Source: an uncultured Candidatus Saccharibacteria bacterium
GTDB taxonomy: Bacteria > Patescibacteriota > Minisyncoccia > Phycocordibacterales > UBA5272
DNA length: 64,000 bases
Reading direction: 5' to 3'
NCBI GenBank assembly: GCA_964369115.1
Contig: CAYJED010000002.1
Span: 10,193 to 74,192 of the forward strand
Of this stretch, positions 1 through 10,363 are shown piece by piece; positions within the stretch are counted from its first letter, which is position 1, and each line of letters starts with the position of its first letter. Position numbers and translations under genes: made by a program. The notes under the pieces were generated by a model that did not search any database, had not been told where the DNA came from, and was given only the letters and a program-made list of their open reading frames with translations.

Positions 1-209
1 TCGCTAAAACGATCATCTTGTGTAAGTTCAAGCACAAATGCTTCTGTGTGTTCAAGAAGTCCTTCAAGAGTACTATTAAGCCCTTCTTCTGCAATAATGG
101 TACGCCCTTTAAGTTCGTATTTTTCACAAAGACTTTTATACCATACCTTAAAAGCTTCAGGGTTTTCAATTGGAGTATATTTATAAAAGAGAAGTACTTG
201 GTAGTTCAT
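1..209 (-). CDS. trhO: rhodanese-domain tRNA U34 hydroxylase-like protein (TrhO/YceA, UPF0176), N-terminal part only; runs off window
   Basis: Reverse-strand translation from ATG at 209 gives MNYQVLLFYKYTPIENPEAFKVWYKSLCEKYELKGRTIIAEEGLNSTLEG, matching the conserved N-terminus of YceA/TrhO family; not in ORF track because truncated. Confidence 0.5.
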   Translation of the reverse strand, partial: MNYQVLLFYKYTPIENPEAFKVWYKSLCEKYELKGRTIIAEEGLNSTLEGLLEHTEAFVLELTQDDRFS

Positions 210-235
210 AGTAGATAATGTATGTGTATCAAATT

Positions 236-622
236 TTACCACACGAGGAGACTCCACAAAAGAGATGCGAGAATAATCATAAAAAGGAGCGGCATCACTT
301 TTTTTGTCTCAAACGGTAAGAGTAATAAAAACCAATACCATGAAAACGGAGTTAAAAAAGCACCTAAAAGTATAATCATAACCTTAGGAACAAGAAAAGA
401 TACATTTTCAGCCACTTCGGGTATCTCTTTTAAATAATCAAAAACAAACTTCCCAACAGCAAGACTTCCGATAGTAAAAAGCCTAAGAACTTCAAATAGA
501 AATCCACCTGCTGTACTCAGGTCTTTAATAAAATACCTTACAACTCTTTCTGCGAACGAGCTATGTAAGTGCGTTCCAGCTACTTCTGAAGAGGTGTGTG
601 ACATACGCAAAAACTCTATCAA
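236..622 (-). CDS. hypothetical small hydrophobic protein (uncertain)
   Basis: 128 aa ORF with hydrophobic C-terminal stretches; stops 27 nt before trhO-like start on same strand; no recognisable family. Confidence 0.25.
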   Translation of the reverse strand: MIEFLRMSHTSSEVAGTHLHSSFAERVVRYFIKDLSTAGGFLFEVLRLFTIGSLAVGKFVFDYLKEIPEVAENVSFLVPKVMIILLGAFLTPFSWYWFLLLLPFETKKVMPLLFMIILASLLWSLLVW

Positions 623-661
623 AAAGAAGCTGGAAAATCAAAGGTGAGGAGAAATGTATAT

Positions 662-1243
662 CTATTGCTCAGTAAAAGAGATGCTTGCAGGAAGATCAAA
701 AACTTTCTGATCAACCTTCCAATCTTCACAAGAGTAGTCAGTCACCTGTCTTCCGTCCCATGTCTTAACCGCACCAGAAGAGCTTGCTAATGGGCCGGTA
801 GTTTCAATGGAGGCAGCTGTTGGCATTTTTATTTTAGTTCCTTTAGTTGCGTCTTTATCAGTCCAAGCATACATATACCCATCACGAGCAACCATCGATG
901 AGTTAATTGTTGTATTCATGATAGACATCGAAAAATCAGCACGAACTGTACCGTTATACATATACACCACCCCTTTACTACTTATTGTTCCCATAGACTG
1001 GTTAACTGTACACTTTCGAGAACCACTCTGTCCTAAAAGTTCATAAAAGGGTGTTTTTGTATCTGTAGAAGATGCCGTCGTAACAGATGTAGCTCCGTTA
1101 CCTACAACACTTTCATTTTCTTTTACTGGTTGCCGCACTTCTATCATCTGGTCTTTTTTTACAACAGAAACAACACCATAAAAGACACCGAAAGATACCC
1201 CAACCGCAACAATAGCGAAAACAAATTTTCCAAACAATGTCAT
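662..1243 (-). CDS. hypothetical membrane-anchored/secreted protein
   Basis: 193 aa, N-terminal TM helix (FAIVAVGVSFGVFYGVVSVV) followed by Ser/Thr-rich domain. Confidence 0.45.
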   Translation of the reverse strand: MTLFGKFVFAIVAVGVSFGVFYGVVSVVKKDQMIEVRQPVKENESVVGNGATSVTTASSTDTKTPFYELLGQSGSRKCTVNQSMGTISSKGVVYMYNGTVRADFSMSIMNTTINSSMVARDGYMYAWTDKDATKGTKIKMPTAASIETTGPLASSSGAVKTWDGRQVTDYSCEDWKVDQKVFDLPASISFTEQ

Positions 1244-1287
1244 ATAACCTAAGTATAGAACGGTCTTTAAAAAAGTACAGTTTTTGA

Positions 1288-2136
1288 CTATATTAACTGT
1301 ATATACATATCTTGATTAAAGCCACCAACACCAACGTACTTCACTTTCCCTTCTTCTCCATTTTTAACTTTAAGAATCTCTTCGTATGGCGCGCAATGCA
1401 TACAACTACCTCCGTAAGGACAAGTAAACGTTTTTGTTTCTCGGGCTTCTTTTACTTTAACAGCCACCTCGTACACAGCCTTAAAAGCGTCATCTTTATC
1501 TGGAAGCTCTTTTTCAACGATTGAGTCCATCTCAAGATACCAGTAACTTGCTTTTGTTACAGAACGTTTCTGAAGAGCGTTACAAAGGAGAAGGTAAATA
1601 GGTAGCTGAAGCGAAGATTCTTTTTCTTCGTGTTTACCAGTTTTAAAATCAATGATATGTAACGTATCATTAGGCAAATACTCAATCCAATCAACCAAGC
1701 CATTTAATATAATATTATCTTCCTCTGAGAGGTAAAAATTGCACGGCATATTGCCTTGTGGAAGCTTAATACGTTTATTAACCAGAAAACGTGGATTACT
1801 CACTGCCGTAGCAATCATTCTTTTGCCACGCTCTTTAAACTCTTCTTCTTGCGCTTCTGATAAAAAGCCACCTTTTTCTCCAGAAACTTTCTCCCATTCT
1901 TTTAGAAACCATTCTTCTAAGTCTCTGTCCATTCTTGTTTCTGAAGGAAATTCTGCTAATCCTTCAAGTACATTATGTACCGCAATACCAAGCGACATGT
2001 ACGGCGTCACAATGCTCATTTTTCGATTTGTCTTTGGATCCTTATATACATTGTGAAGGTAATATAGTCGCGGACACTTAAGAAAATCCCCCATGGATGA
2101 ATGAGAAACCCATACAGCTGAATACTTATCTGGCAT
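1288..2136 (-). CDS. PD-(D/E)XK nuclease of RecB/Cas4 (AddB-like) family with Fe-S cysteine cluster
   Basis: N-terminal CPRLYYL motif, IIDFKTGK (RecB-family DxKTG motif), C-terminal CPYGGSCMHC cysteine cluster typical of Cas4/AddB nuclease domains. Confidence 0.7.
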   Translation of the reverse strand: MPDKYSAVWVSHSSMGDFLKCPRLYYLHNVYKDPKTNRKMSIVTPYMSLGIAVHNVLEGLAEFPSETRMDRDLEEWFLKEWEKVSGEKGGFLSEAQEEEFKERGKRMIATAVSNPRFLVNKRIKLPQGNMPCNFYLSEEDNIILNGLVDWIEYLPNDTLHIIDFKTGKHEEKESSLQLPIYLLLCNALQKRSVTKASYWYLEMDSIVEKELPDKDDAFKAVYEVAVKVKEARETKTFTCPYGGSCMHCAPYEEILKVKNGEEGKVKYVGVGGFNQDMYIQLI

Positions 2137-2350
2137 AGTGTATAAAAGTATAGCAAAGAGATGACTGTTTGCCTTTGTATAGACTTTTTGTTAACATACA
2201 TGTTCTTCGGTTACCCATGATAATAACCTGAAGGATGTTCTCTTAACAGTAAAAGAAAGGTACTCATGCGCGCGATTGTTGGAATTAGCATCATTTTCTT
2301 CACGATGATCCACAACATGAAGCATCGCCGTAAACAAAAATAATTTATTC

Positions 2351-2385
2351 GCCTCGCTTACAAAGCGGGGCGATTTTATATTTTT
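2351..2385 (-). terminator. GC-rich hairpin plus T-tract downstream of helicase gene
   Basis: tcgcctcgcttacaaagcggggcga inverted repeat with flanking A/T runs. Confidence 0.4.
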
Positions 2386-5300
2386 CCTTCCACTAAATCT
2401 TTTTCAAACTGAAGCAATCCTTTGTATGACTCTCCATACGACGAAAGATCCATAACAAATGTAAGAGAGGTAATTTTTGTATACACTACCTCAATCAATT
2501 TTTCCACAAACGCAAGTTCTTCTTCAGAAGCATCTAAGAAAAGAGAAATTGGCTTTTTTTCTTCCACAAAAAGAAGTGACACTTTTACAACAGGAAGATC
2601 GCTATAGTGTATAGACTTACGGAGAAGAATAATATACATAATGAGTTGCAAACGATACATATGAAGCTTTATCTTCTCTTGATCTGTCGCCGCATCATCC
2701 CATGACGCATATGCTTTTCCTGTTTTTATATCCACCACTTCATAATGTTCTTTTGTTTTTCTAAGGAGGTCAATTTTACCTGTGAGACGTGCTTCACCTA
2801 AAGTTACACCCTCATCTTTCATATCCACTTCCACCATATCCCCTTCTTTAAAAAGACTTTCTTTGTGTTCAAAAAGCGTATGCAACACTTTCTTGCCTCG
2901 CTCTTCCTGCTTTTCTTTTTCATACAACGGAAGACGTCCACGTCTAAGCGTTGAAGAAAATGTTGCGAGTAAGGTCTCAAGTGAAGCTTGTTTTCCGGCG
3001 TTATATTTTGGATACATTACAAGCTCTTCAAGAGCTTTATGAATAGAAGATCCATAAACTCCAGACGGATTCATCGGCTGAGGAAAGCGTAGCAGATTTT
3101 GCTCAACGAAATAAAGTGGACCACCTTCCTGTAGATTAAGGAAGTTATTTAGATGCGTTACCGGCATTTTATAATTTTTAACGAGACGAGATAGGAGCAC
3201 CCATTCATCTTCTTTGAATGGATCTTTATGCAAAAGGAGAGCATTCTCGTGAGCTTCAATTGGAACTTCTTCATGCTCCTCTTCTCCCTCTTGCTCTACA
3301 AGATACCGCACAAGTGCATCATGTCCTGAAATATGAAGGGTGTGCTTTGCGCGGGTAAGCGCAACATACAGAAGTCGTATGAAGTCATCTTCAGTGTCTC
3401 CTGCTGGCTGCATAAGAGGAACAAGAGGTGCTGGAAGTGGTGCAATGTTAGTGCGCGGCGACTTAGTCCATAAACTATCATGACAAGCAATCACATACAC
3501 ATGCTCAAATTCAAGCCCTTTAGAAGCATGCGAGGTAAGAAGCTGTACTGACTTTTCATGCTTCATAAAAGGTGACTCACTAATAAGCGAAATATCATGA
3601 TCTTTATGTGTTTGCACAAACGAAGCAACATCACTTACAAAAAGCACTTCCCCTTCTTTCCATTCACGCAAGCTTTCGATAAATGTTTTAAGTGAAGCAA
3701 GGAAGGCAACATACGTCGTCGGGCTTTCTTTGATACGGTCTTGCGAAAAATAAAATTCCTTAAATCCACTTTTTTCCATAAATTGCTCCAGTATATGTTC
3801 AAGTGGTGTAGTGAGCGCTTCTACCGAAAGAGAAGCAAATATATCATGAAGCTCTTGTATTTTTGGAATAGAAGATTCTTTCATTGCTGCCACCCATGAG
3901 ACATGACGCTCTTTTGCCTCTACCGCCAATGTGAAGAGATCTATTCTTTCAAGTGAAAAACATGGATAAGAAAGAATTGTTGGGAGGAGATACTCTTTTG
4001 TTACCTCTTCTGAAAGCGTTGAAGCTATATACTCACACACATCGATAAGAATTTTTACATGAGGCTCATCAAACACGTTTGCTTTCTTTATGTACTCATA
4101 CGGAATATTTTCTCGATCAAGATATGGAAGAAGCGCACGAAGCTCGCGGTGACCACGAGAAAGAACAGCTATTTCATCAGGCTCTCCACCTGCGTCGAGC
4201 GCTTTACGTATAGAACGAGCAACGTGAGCATATTCTGCAACATCAGAATTTTTACGCGTAATAGTAATACCCCCCTCCTTAAGATTTTTATTTTTTGCAA
4301 CAAGGACTTTTGTAATATCTTCATACTTATTTTCAAGGCGACCACTTCCTTTAATTTGCGTAATGAGACCTCTGGAAAGATCGAGCACCTCTTGAGTAGA
4401 ACGATAGTTTTCATCAAGCACCACTGTCTTTACGTTTTTATAGAGCGAGTCACGAAAACGCATCATATGAGATACTTCTGCACCTTGGAATTTATAAATC
4501 GCCTGATCATCGTCCCCTACCACACACACATTCGGTGAGCCTTCATGTACAGGGTGAGAGGTAATTGATCGAACCAGTGACATTTGTGCTTCGTTGGTAT
4601 CCTGAAACTCATCAATAAGTACATACTGATATTGCTCTTCGAGTGTATTTCTAAGCACGCTGTCATGTGTAAGAGCATGCGCTACTTCAATAATCATATC
4701 GTCATAGTCATATAAAGCGGAGGCATTCATTTGCTTACTGTAGCTTTCATATATTTCTGCAACAGCAAGTAATTTATCTTTTTGATAACTATCCTTACAG
4801 ATAAGCACATCATTTTCCTTAACGAGATATTTTGTTTTCCATGATGCAATAGGCTCTGTTACTCCTATCTGCTCTGCATGCTCAAACGCCTGACTAAGTG
4901 TCTTTGCAAGATATCCTGAAGTGACCCCTTGTAGCTTTTCTAATTTTTCTACAATTGAAGTTACTTCGTCTAATTTTTTTGCTGAAAGTCGCGCTGGCCA
5001 GTCCGTAAAACATGCGTTAATTGCATCGTGCTCATGAGTGAGTGACTGAACTACTGCTTTATATTCTTCTGCGGTATACCCATAACTTTTAATATGTTTG
5101 ATACGATCGGCGGTATCTCGTAGATATACATACCCCTTTTCCGGATGGTAACTTGCAAGCGGATGACCATGTGGAAGCGAAGCAAAAATCGCCTGTAATA
5201 GCTCTGCTTTTGTAATATCATTTGCTTGAATAAAGTGAGTTGCATTCCAAAAATATTCTGGGAAGCGAGAAATAATGTGATTACAAAATGCATGGAAGGT

Positions 5301-5600
5301 AAAGATGGAAACTCTATAAGCATTTTGTCCAATGAGAGCAACAAGACGCTCACGCATGTTAATTGCTCCATTTTCTGTAAAGGTAAGACAAAGAATGTTG
5401 TGCGGAGACACAGGACGTTCTCGTAAAATATTTCCCACACGAAGTGAAAGAAGTTCTGTTTTACCTGATCCAGGGCCAGCCACCACAAGAAGTGGGCCAT
5501 CTAGCGTATCTACCGCTTCTTTTTGTTTTGTATTTAATTTCTTGTATCGTTCTAGAAAGACATGGTCCATACATATCTCAGTATACGCCATGTTGACCAC
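2376..5600 (-). CDS. UvrD/PcrA-family ATP-dependent helicase with C-terminal PD-(D/E)XK nuclease domain (AddA-like)
   Basis: Walker A AGPGSGKT near N-terminus, UvrD helicase motifs, C-terminal VVDIKTGK nuclease motif; 1074 aa. Confidence 0.8.
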   Translation of the reverse strand: MVNMAYTEICMDHVFLERYKKLNTKQKEAVDTLDGPLLVVAGPGSGKTELLSLRVGNILRERPVSPHNILCLTFTENGAINMRERLVALIGQNAYRVSIFTFHAFCNHIISRFPEYFWNATHFIQANDITKAELLQAIFASLPHGHPLASYHPEKGYVYLRDTADRIKHIKSYGYTAEEYKAVVQSLTHEHDAINACFTDWPARLSAKKLDEVTSIVEKLEKLQGVTSGYLAKTLSQAFEHAEQIGVTEPIASWKTKYLVKENDVLICKDSYQKDKLLAVAEIYESYSKQMNASALYDYDDMIIEVAHALTHDSVLRNTLEEQYQYVLIDEFQDTNEAQMSLVRSITSHPVHEGSPNVCVVGDDDQAIYKFQGAEVSHMMRFRDSLYKNVKTVVLDENYRSTQEVLDLSRGLITQIKGSGRLENKYEDITKVLVAKNKNLKEGGITITRKNSDVAEYAHVARSIRKALDAGGEPDEIAVLSRGHRELRALLPYLDRENIPYEYIKKANVFDEPHVKILIDVCEYIASTLSEEVTKEYLLPTILSYPCFSLERIDLFTLAVEAKERHVSWVAAMKESSIPKIQELHDIFASLSVEALTTPLEHILEQFMEKSGFKEFYFSQDRIKESPTTYVAFLASLKTFIESLREWKEGEVLFVSDVASFVQTHKDHDISLISESPFMKHEKSVQLLTSHASKGLEFEHVYVIACHDSLWTKSPRTNIAPLPAPLVPLMQPAGDTEDDFIRLLYVALTRAKHTLHISGHDALVRYLVEQEGEEEHEEVPIEAHENALLLHKDPFKEDEWVLLSRLVKNYKMPVTHLNNFLNLQEGGPLYFVEQNLLRFPQPMNPSGVYGSSIHKALEELVMYPKYNAGKQASLETLLATFSSTLRRGRLPLYEKEKQEERGKKVLHTLFEHKESLFKEGDMVEVDMKDEGVTLGEARLTGKIDLLRKTKEHYEVVDIKTGKAYASWDDAATDQEKIKLHMYRLQLIMYIILLRKSIHYSDLPVVKVSLLFVEEKKPISLFLDASEEELAFVEKLIEVVYTKITSLTFVMDLSSYGESYKGLLQFEKDLVEGKI

Positions 5601-5622
5601 TTACAAATGTTAATGTAGTTTA

Positions 5623-6222
5623 GTGTTAGATCTTCCACAAATTAAGGAGAACCACATGTTCACTGCAATTGATGATAAGCTCATTGAGTGTGCTCAGTGG
5701 ACAGTACGACAAATTGAGCTGTTTACGAAGTACACAAGGAAAGATGTCGGCGTTGTTGTAAGACAGCTACAACTTATCTCAGGAGCTTTTTCGATTTTTG
5801 TTGCACTGCTTTGTGTTGGCAACTTTAGTAAAGATAAAACCTTGCTTCTTGTTGCAGTTCCCATGTTTCTTGTTGCTTTACTTCAAAGAAACATTGCCAT
5901 CAAAATTAAAAATGAAAAAGAGGTTTTTGGTATACAACCAAGCTCGATCATAAATGAAAAAACGTTCCGCCAGACAACAATCTCTATGATCATCAACTTC
6001 TCTTTCAGTCTTTTTTTAGTGAATTTTTTTCTGGGAAACGAAAAGGATATTCCTGCTTTGTGGACATTTGTTAACGTAGCTAAAATAAATATCAGTATTT
6101 TAAGTATTCTTCTTCTCGGTCTCTACTTCCTCTGTACCAGCTCTTTGCCTCCAGGAGAAAAACAAAAAAGGCTTCTTGAAAGAGAATACAAGAAACTAAC
6201 TCCTGTGCCCATCAAAAACTAA
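5623..6222 (+). CDS. hypothetical membrane protein
   Basis: 199 aa, several predicted TM helices; no family recognised. Confidence 0.45.
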   Translation: MLDLPQIKENHMFTAIDDKLIECAQWTVRQIELFTKYTRKDVGVVVRQLQLISGAFSIFVALLCVGNFSKDKTLLLVAVPMFLVALLQRNIAIKIKNEKEVFGIQPSSIINEKTFRQTTISMIINFSFSLFLVNFFLGNEKDIPALWTFVNVAKINISILSILLLGLYFLCTSSLPPGEKQKRLLEREYKKLTPVPIKN

Positions 6223-6247
6223 AGCGATCCACAAGGGTCGCTTTTTC

Positions 6248-6841
6248 TTATGAAGAGATATCGAACTTTTTGAACTCTTCGGTGCACGCTCTAAGTCTTT
6301 CTACGAGCACGTGATCTTTACCAAGTCTTTGCTCACTTATCATAAGCACCTGCTCGTTAAGCCAGATACGATTACGCATACTTGACCCAAATGATTGAGC
6401 AAACGCCTCACCTTCTTTCTTAAATGAATCAAGAAAACTTTCAGTGTTATGAATTTTATCTGCACAAGAAACTAAGATACTTTCAATAGGACCTTCTTCT
6501 AAACGCTTTAAGTACATTTCTTTTCGAGTAAGCCACGGCAGCTGATCAAAAACACTTTTATTTGCATCAAGCGGCTCAGTAACGTGAGCAACTATCGTAG
6601 CTACTCGCTCCCCACAGTCTTGTGTCAACTTTTCATACGTATACCCTTTTACATCTTCAAGACTGTCATGAAGCATGCCTGCAATAATAATATCTTCATC
6701 TAAAGTAACAGAAGAAAGCAAGAAGGCTACACCCATTAAGTGTGAAATATACGGGGTCTTAGATGCATCATTCCTTACTTGGTCACGATGAAGGAGAGAA
6801 GCAAGATTGATCGCTTCGTAAACACGAGGAGAAAATACCAT
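6248..6841 (-). CDS. HD-domain phosphohydrolase, small alarmone ((p)ppGpp) hydrolase-like
   Basis: YISHLMGVAFLL...IIAGMLHDSLED resembles RelA/SpoT HD hydrolase motif (H...HD...ED). Confidence 0.55.
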   Translation of the reverse strand: MVFSPRVYEAINLASLLHRDQVRNDASKTPYISHLMGVAFLLSSVTLDEDIIIAGMLHDSLEDVKGYTYEKLTQDCGERVATIVAHVTEPLDANKSVFDQLPWLTRKEMYLKRLEEGPIESILVSCADKIHNTESFLDSFKKEGEAFAQSFGSSMRNRIWLNEQVLMISEQRLGKDHVLVERLRACTEEFKKFDISS

Positions 6842-6936
6842 ATAGTTACATTATAGCATAAAAAAGCTTATAAGAAAAGACTTGTTTGTGTACAATCATT
6901 GACATATTGTATTAAATAATGTATAATGATATATAG

Positions 6937-7389
6937 GTGTTTTTTGTCTCACAACTTCACAAAGAAAGCGAGTTGCGCATGAAAAAGCTGTTTACGTTCA
7001 TTCAGAACAACGGCGTTGCTTTCGCTGTCCTCTTTGCACTTCTGCCTCAGTTTGTACTTGTGTCAATTGCCACATGGGGAGCTGTTGCATTTTGGTTTAC
7101 GCTTTCTCTGACACTGATCACAAGCTTTGTCATGAGTGGATGTTTTCTGTGGTACCTAACTGCAGGATTTCAACTTAAGCATCGAGGCTACTTTACCGCT
7201 GTTGGGTTCAGTGCTCTTTTTGCACTGCTTCAAGGAGTAGCTATGTTGCTTGTGGTAAATACCTTGATAGAGGATGAAACTTACAAAAACCTCACCCTTT
7301 TATCTTTCACACTCCTTCTTGGGGTTCTGTGGGGGTTTACTGCTGAATGGTTTATCAAACCACTCAAAGGTGAAGTTGGTGGTGAGTAG
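6937..7389 (+). CDS. hypothetical membrane protein
   Basis: 150 aa, 4 predicted TM helices; terminator immediately downstream. Confidence 0.45.
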   Translation: MFFVSQLHKESELRMKKLFTFIQNNGVAFAVLFALLPQFVLVSIATWGAVAFWFTLSLTLITSFVMSGCFLWYLTAGFQLKHRGYFTAVGFSALFALLQGVAMLLVVNTLIEDETYKNLTLLSFTLLLGVLWGFTAEWFIKPLKGEVGGE

Positions 7390-7398
7390 AAAAGAACA

Positions 7399-7434
7399 AG
7401 GCACACGAAGCAAAGCTTCGTGTGCCTTTTTGTT
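7399..7434 (+). terminator. rho-independent terminator
   Basis: aaggcacacgaagc-aaa-gcttcgtgtgcctt hairpin followed by tttttgttt. Confidence 0.7.
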
Positions 7435-7567
7435 TCCCTCACCAAGGGGTGCTAATTACTTAGCCGTTTTCTTTGGCTTTTTTGTTTCTTTTTTATGTGT
7501 TTTTGTTTCTTTTGCCATATGATAAGTATAACGATAAAAAGAAGAAGAAAAGAGTGGATAACTCATT

Positions 7568-7909
7568 TTACATGCAGGTTTTTGCAAGTGTCCTCCCTCT
7601 TTTTTCAGCATCTTCCTGAGAAAGGAAAAAGATTTTATTTTTCTCTAAAATCCTTCCACTTCCCAAACACCATGAATAGGTGTAGGTAGTGCCATTTTTA
7701 CTTCCGAAGGGTTTTGCCAATGAAACATCATCTATTACCTCTACTTGCCGCTTTATAAATACAGCCTCAGGGTGGGATATTTCTCTTTTTGTATGCAAAA
7801 TAAATGTAAGAGGAATAAGAAAGACAAGAAGAACAACAAGGCTGACAATATACTCCAAGCGAACCTGACTATTGATTTTTTTGAAATAATCTTGTATACT
7901 GTGTGCCAT
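7568..7909 (-). CDS. hypothetical membrane-anchored protein (C-terminal region faintly Ada-Zn-binding-like)
   Basis: 113 aa, N-terminal TM helix; C-terminal YTYSWCLGSGRILEKNKIFFLSQEDAEKRGRTLAKTC pattern. Confidence 0.35.
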   Translation of the reverse strand: MAHSIQDYFKKINSQVRLEYIVSLVVLLVFLIPLTFILHTKREISHPEAVFIKRQVEVIDDVSLAKPFGSKNGTTYTYSWCLGSGRILEKNKIFFLSQEDAEKRGRTLAKTCM

Positions 7910-7944
7910 ATAAGTTTCTATAAAATCTATATTAATTATACGCT

Positions 7945-8223
7945 ATGGCAACAAGAAAGGCCGCAGGTTCGGCAAAAAACCTAACAGACAGTAAACCAAA
8001 GTATCTCGGTACTAAGCTTTATGCTGGAGAAATGGCTACCGCAGGCGCAATTATCGTTCGCCAGCGTGGCACAAAGATCCTTGCAGGAAAAAACGTTGGT
8101 CTTGGAAAGGATCACACACTCTTTGCTCTTAAGGAAGGAAAGGTGAGTTTCTCTGAGCGTCGCATGAAGCACTTAGACGGAACAACAAAGCGAAAGAAAG
8201 TAGCTAACGTTGATCTCCAGTAA
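7945..8223 (+). CDS. rpmA: 50S ribosomal protein L27
   Basis: [31 protein letters not shown] matches L27 signature. Confidence 0.9.
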   Translation: MATRKAAGSAKNLTDSKPKYLGTKLYAGEMATAGAIIVRQRGTKILAGKNVGLGKDHTLFALKEGKVSFSERRMKHLDGTTKRKKVANVDLQ

Positions 8224-8237
8224 ATACTACATAAAAA

Positions 8238-8270
8238 CTGCACATCTACGATGTGCAGTTTTTATTTTTT
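8238..8270 (+). terminator. rho-independent terminator after rpmA
   Basis: ctgcacatc-tacg-atgtgcag hairpin then tttttatttttt. Confidence 0.8.
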
Positions 8271-8316
8271 ATTGGATGTATCTTTTTACTTAAACGAGCT
8301 AAACTAGAGAGTACCT

Positions 8317-8541
8317 ATGTTCAAAAAACTAAGCACACTATCTCTTGTACTCATTGTTATTATTTATATTTTCTCAATACTTCCTTCATGTGTAAAAATA
8401 GAAGAAAGTATTGAAACATCACAACTAGAAACAAGAGAAGATTTAAGCGGAACGTATCCTTTTACCTTTAAAACTTTTCAGAAAAAAGATGGTCAATGGT
8501 TCCAGTGCAAAACCCGTGCTTCGCGATACTTTTTTTCTTAG
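8317..8541 (+). CDS. small putative lipoprotein
   Basis: 74 aa; signal peptide with LPSC lipobox-like motif. Confidence 0.3.
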   Translation: MFKKLSTLSLVLIVIIYIFSILPSCVKIEESIETSQLETREDLSGTYPFTFKTFQKKDGQWFQCKTRASRYFFS

Positions 8542-8978
8542 AGAATATGAAGGGTGAATGTCTCTTTCTTATCACCTTCTTTAATTGAAAAAAGGTGCCC
8601 TCCTGTGGTTTTAATTGGGGAAACAATTGTCACCTGACGTGGATCTATCGATACTTTAATACTTCCAAAGATTGCATCAACAATGTCAGCTTCTTTAATA
8701 TGTGCAAAGAGGTTTCCTTTTTCATCTCGTTTTTTATCTTTTATAACAAGTTTTACTTGCTTAAGATCGTTAACAAGCCGAGCAAAAGCACTCACCGCAA
8801 GCTCTTTTTTGTGAAGCTTAGCGTCTTCTTTTCCTTTCCATTTTGCAAGCTCAGAAGGTGTTGCTTGTAAAGCGTTCCCTTTTTTAATGAGAACATTAAT
8901 AGCGTACCCATCTGCTACTTCTTTCACTTCTCCACGCTTCCCCATCTTTGCAATATCTTTTAAGAGAATAACTTTCAT
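8538..8978 (-). CDS. rplI: 50S ribosomal protein L9
   Basis: [31 protein letters not shown] matches L9 N-terminus. Confidence 0.85.
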   Translation of the reverse strand: MKVILLKDIAKMGKRGEVKEVADGYAINVLIKKGNALQATPSELAKWKGKEDAKLHKKELAVSAFARLVNDLKQVKLVIKDKKRDEKGNLFAHIKEADIVDAIFGSIKVSIDPRQVTIVSPIKTTGGHLFSIKEGDKKETFTLHIL

Positions 8979-9027
8979 ACGTACCCCACATTATATACAA
9001 AAAAGGTACACATGCAAAAAAACACTT

Positions 9028-9060
9028 CGTAAGAAGTGATTTTTTGTAAAAGCCTCTTTT
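9028..9060 (-). terminator. bidirectional hairpin terminator downstream of ctpA
   Basis: cacttcgtaagaagtg hairpin flanked by A-run and T-run. Confidence 0.5.
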
Positions 9061-9063
9061 AGA

Positions 9064-10326
9064 CTACTTTAGCTGTTTTACAGTTTCTATCGCCTTAATC
9101 ATCTGTGCATCATATGGCTCTTTCATACCCTTTGGGGTTGAGGTTGCCACAGGCACTTCAATATCTGGCTTAATACCATGCTCTGAGATATTTACACCGT
9201 TTGGGGTAAACCACTTAGCAATAGTTACTTTAAGCGATGCTCCACCGTCTAAGTTAACAAGCTCCTGAACAGACCCTTTCCCAAATGACTTTATGCCAAC
9301 AACCTTAGCAATACCGTGATCTTTAAGAGCTCCTGCCAAGATTTCAGAAGCTGAAGCTGATCCACCGTCAATCAAAACAACAACTTTAAGACCAGAAGGA
9401 AGACCTTTTGTGCCATAACTTCTATGATTAACAACACTTTCTGCCTTTCCTTGTTTTTCAGATACTACCACCTGTCCTTCTCTTAAGAAATAACTCGACA
9501 TATTTACCGCCGCCTCAAGGTATCCACCCGGGTTTCCACGAAGATCAATAATAAGGTGTTTAAAACCAGAATTTACAAACTCAACAAGAGCATTTCGGAA
9601 GAGGTCTGGCGATTCACCTGAAAAGTTGTAGAGCTTAACAATAAATACTCCGTCTTTTTTCTCAGTATCTAATGTTGGGATTTTAATTTCTTTACGAACA
9701 ATCTTTATATCAGTAGTCTCTTTTGCTTCAGAATGAAGGACGGTAAGTGTAACGGGGGTATCAAGCTCACCACGGATAAGTGACACAGCCTCATCAGAAG
9801 ACATGCCTAAGATATTTTTACCATCAACAGCCGTAATAATATCTCCTGCTTTTATTCCTGCTTTCATTGCTGGAGAATCCTTAAGTGGAGCAATAACTAC
9901 AACATTTCCATCTTTCATGCCAACATTCATTCCAACACCACCAAATGAACCCTTAACGTTTTCAGCAAAACTTTTTGCTTCACGTGGCGGCATAAATACT
10001 GTGTATGGATCTTTAAATGACGCCACATATCCAGCAATCATTCCATACTCAAGCTCTTTATCTGTTGGAAGTGTGGAGGACGACTTCCAGAAAACAAACT
10101 TTTTATCGATTGTGCCTTTAACTTCATTAAAAAGAGAAGTGTTGAACGTAAGACCGTCTTTTGTTTCTGCTTCTGCTACAGAGCCAACACCATTACCAAT
10201 AAGGAAACCAACAGCAAAGATGCTAAAAATAAAAGTTCCTGCCGCAATGCTCTTCATGGCAAACTTTTTTGTAAGCATATTTTCTTCACTTACACGATAA
10301 TTAAATAAAGTACGTATCATAGACAT
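9064..10326 (-). CDS. ctpA: carboxy-terminal processing (S41 tail-specific) peptidase with PDZ domain
   Basis: PDZ region, GYLEAAVNMSSYF and LIDGGSASASEI S41 motifs; true start probably at internal Met (MLTKKF/MKSIAAG) giving N-terminal TM anchor. Confidence 0.85.
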   Translation of the reverse strand: MSMIRTLFNYRVSEENMLTKKFAMKSIAAGTFIFSIFAVGFLIGNGVGSVAEAETKDGLTFNTSLFNEVKGTIDKKFVFWKSSSTLPTDKELEYGMIAGYVASFKDPYTVFMPPREAKSFAENVKGSFGGVGMNVGMKDGNVVVIAPLKDSPAMKAGIKAGDIITAVDGKNILGMSSDEAVSLIRGELDTPVTLTVLHSEAKETTDIKIVRKEIKIPTLDTEKKDGVFIVKLYNFSGESPDLFRNALVEFVNSGFKHLIIDLRGNPGGYLEAAVNMSSYFLREGQVVVSEKQGKAESVVNHRSYGTKGLPSGLKVVVLIDGGSASASEILAGALKDHGIAKVVGIKSFGKGSVQELVNLDGGASLKVTIAKWFTPNGVNISEHGIKPDIEVPVATSTPKGMKEPYDAQMIKAIETVKQLK

Positions 10327-10363
10327 ATAGTCGTAGTATACACGTCACATGTGCTAGAATAAA

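Noticed and set aside
222-437. 71-aa + strand ORF
   Set aside because: It overlaps the minus-strand 236-622 ORF. The basic, low-complexity translation is typical of antisense in AT-rich coding DNA.
4059-4538. 159-aa + strand ORF inside the helicase gene
   Set aside because: It is antisense to the UvrD-like helicase. The Ile/Phe-rich translation is typical of AT-rich antisense frames.
8595-8870. 91-aa + strand ORF inside rplI
   Set aside because: It is antisense to the well-supported ribosomal protein L9 gene.
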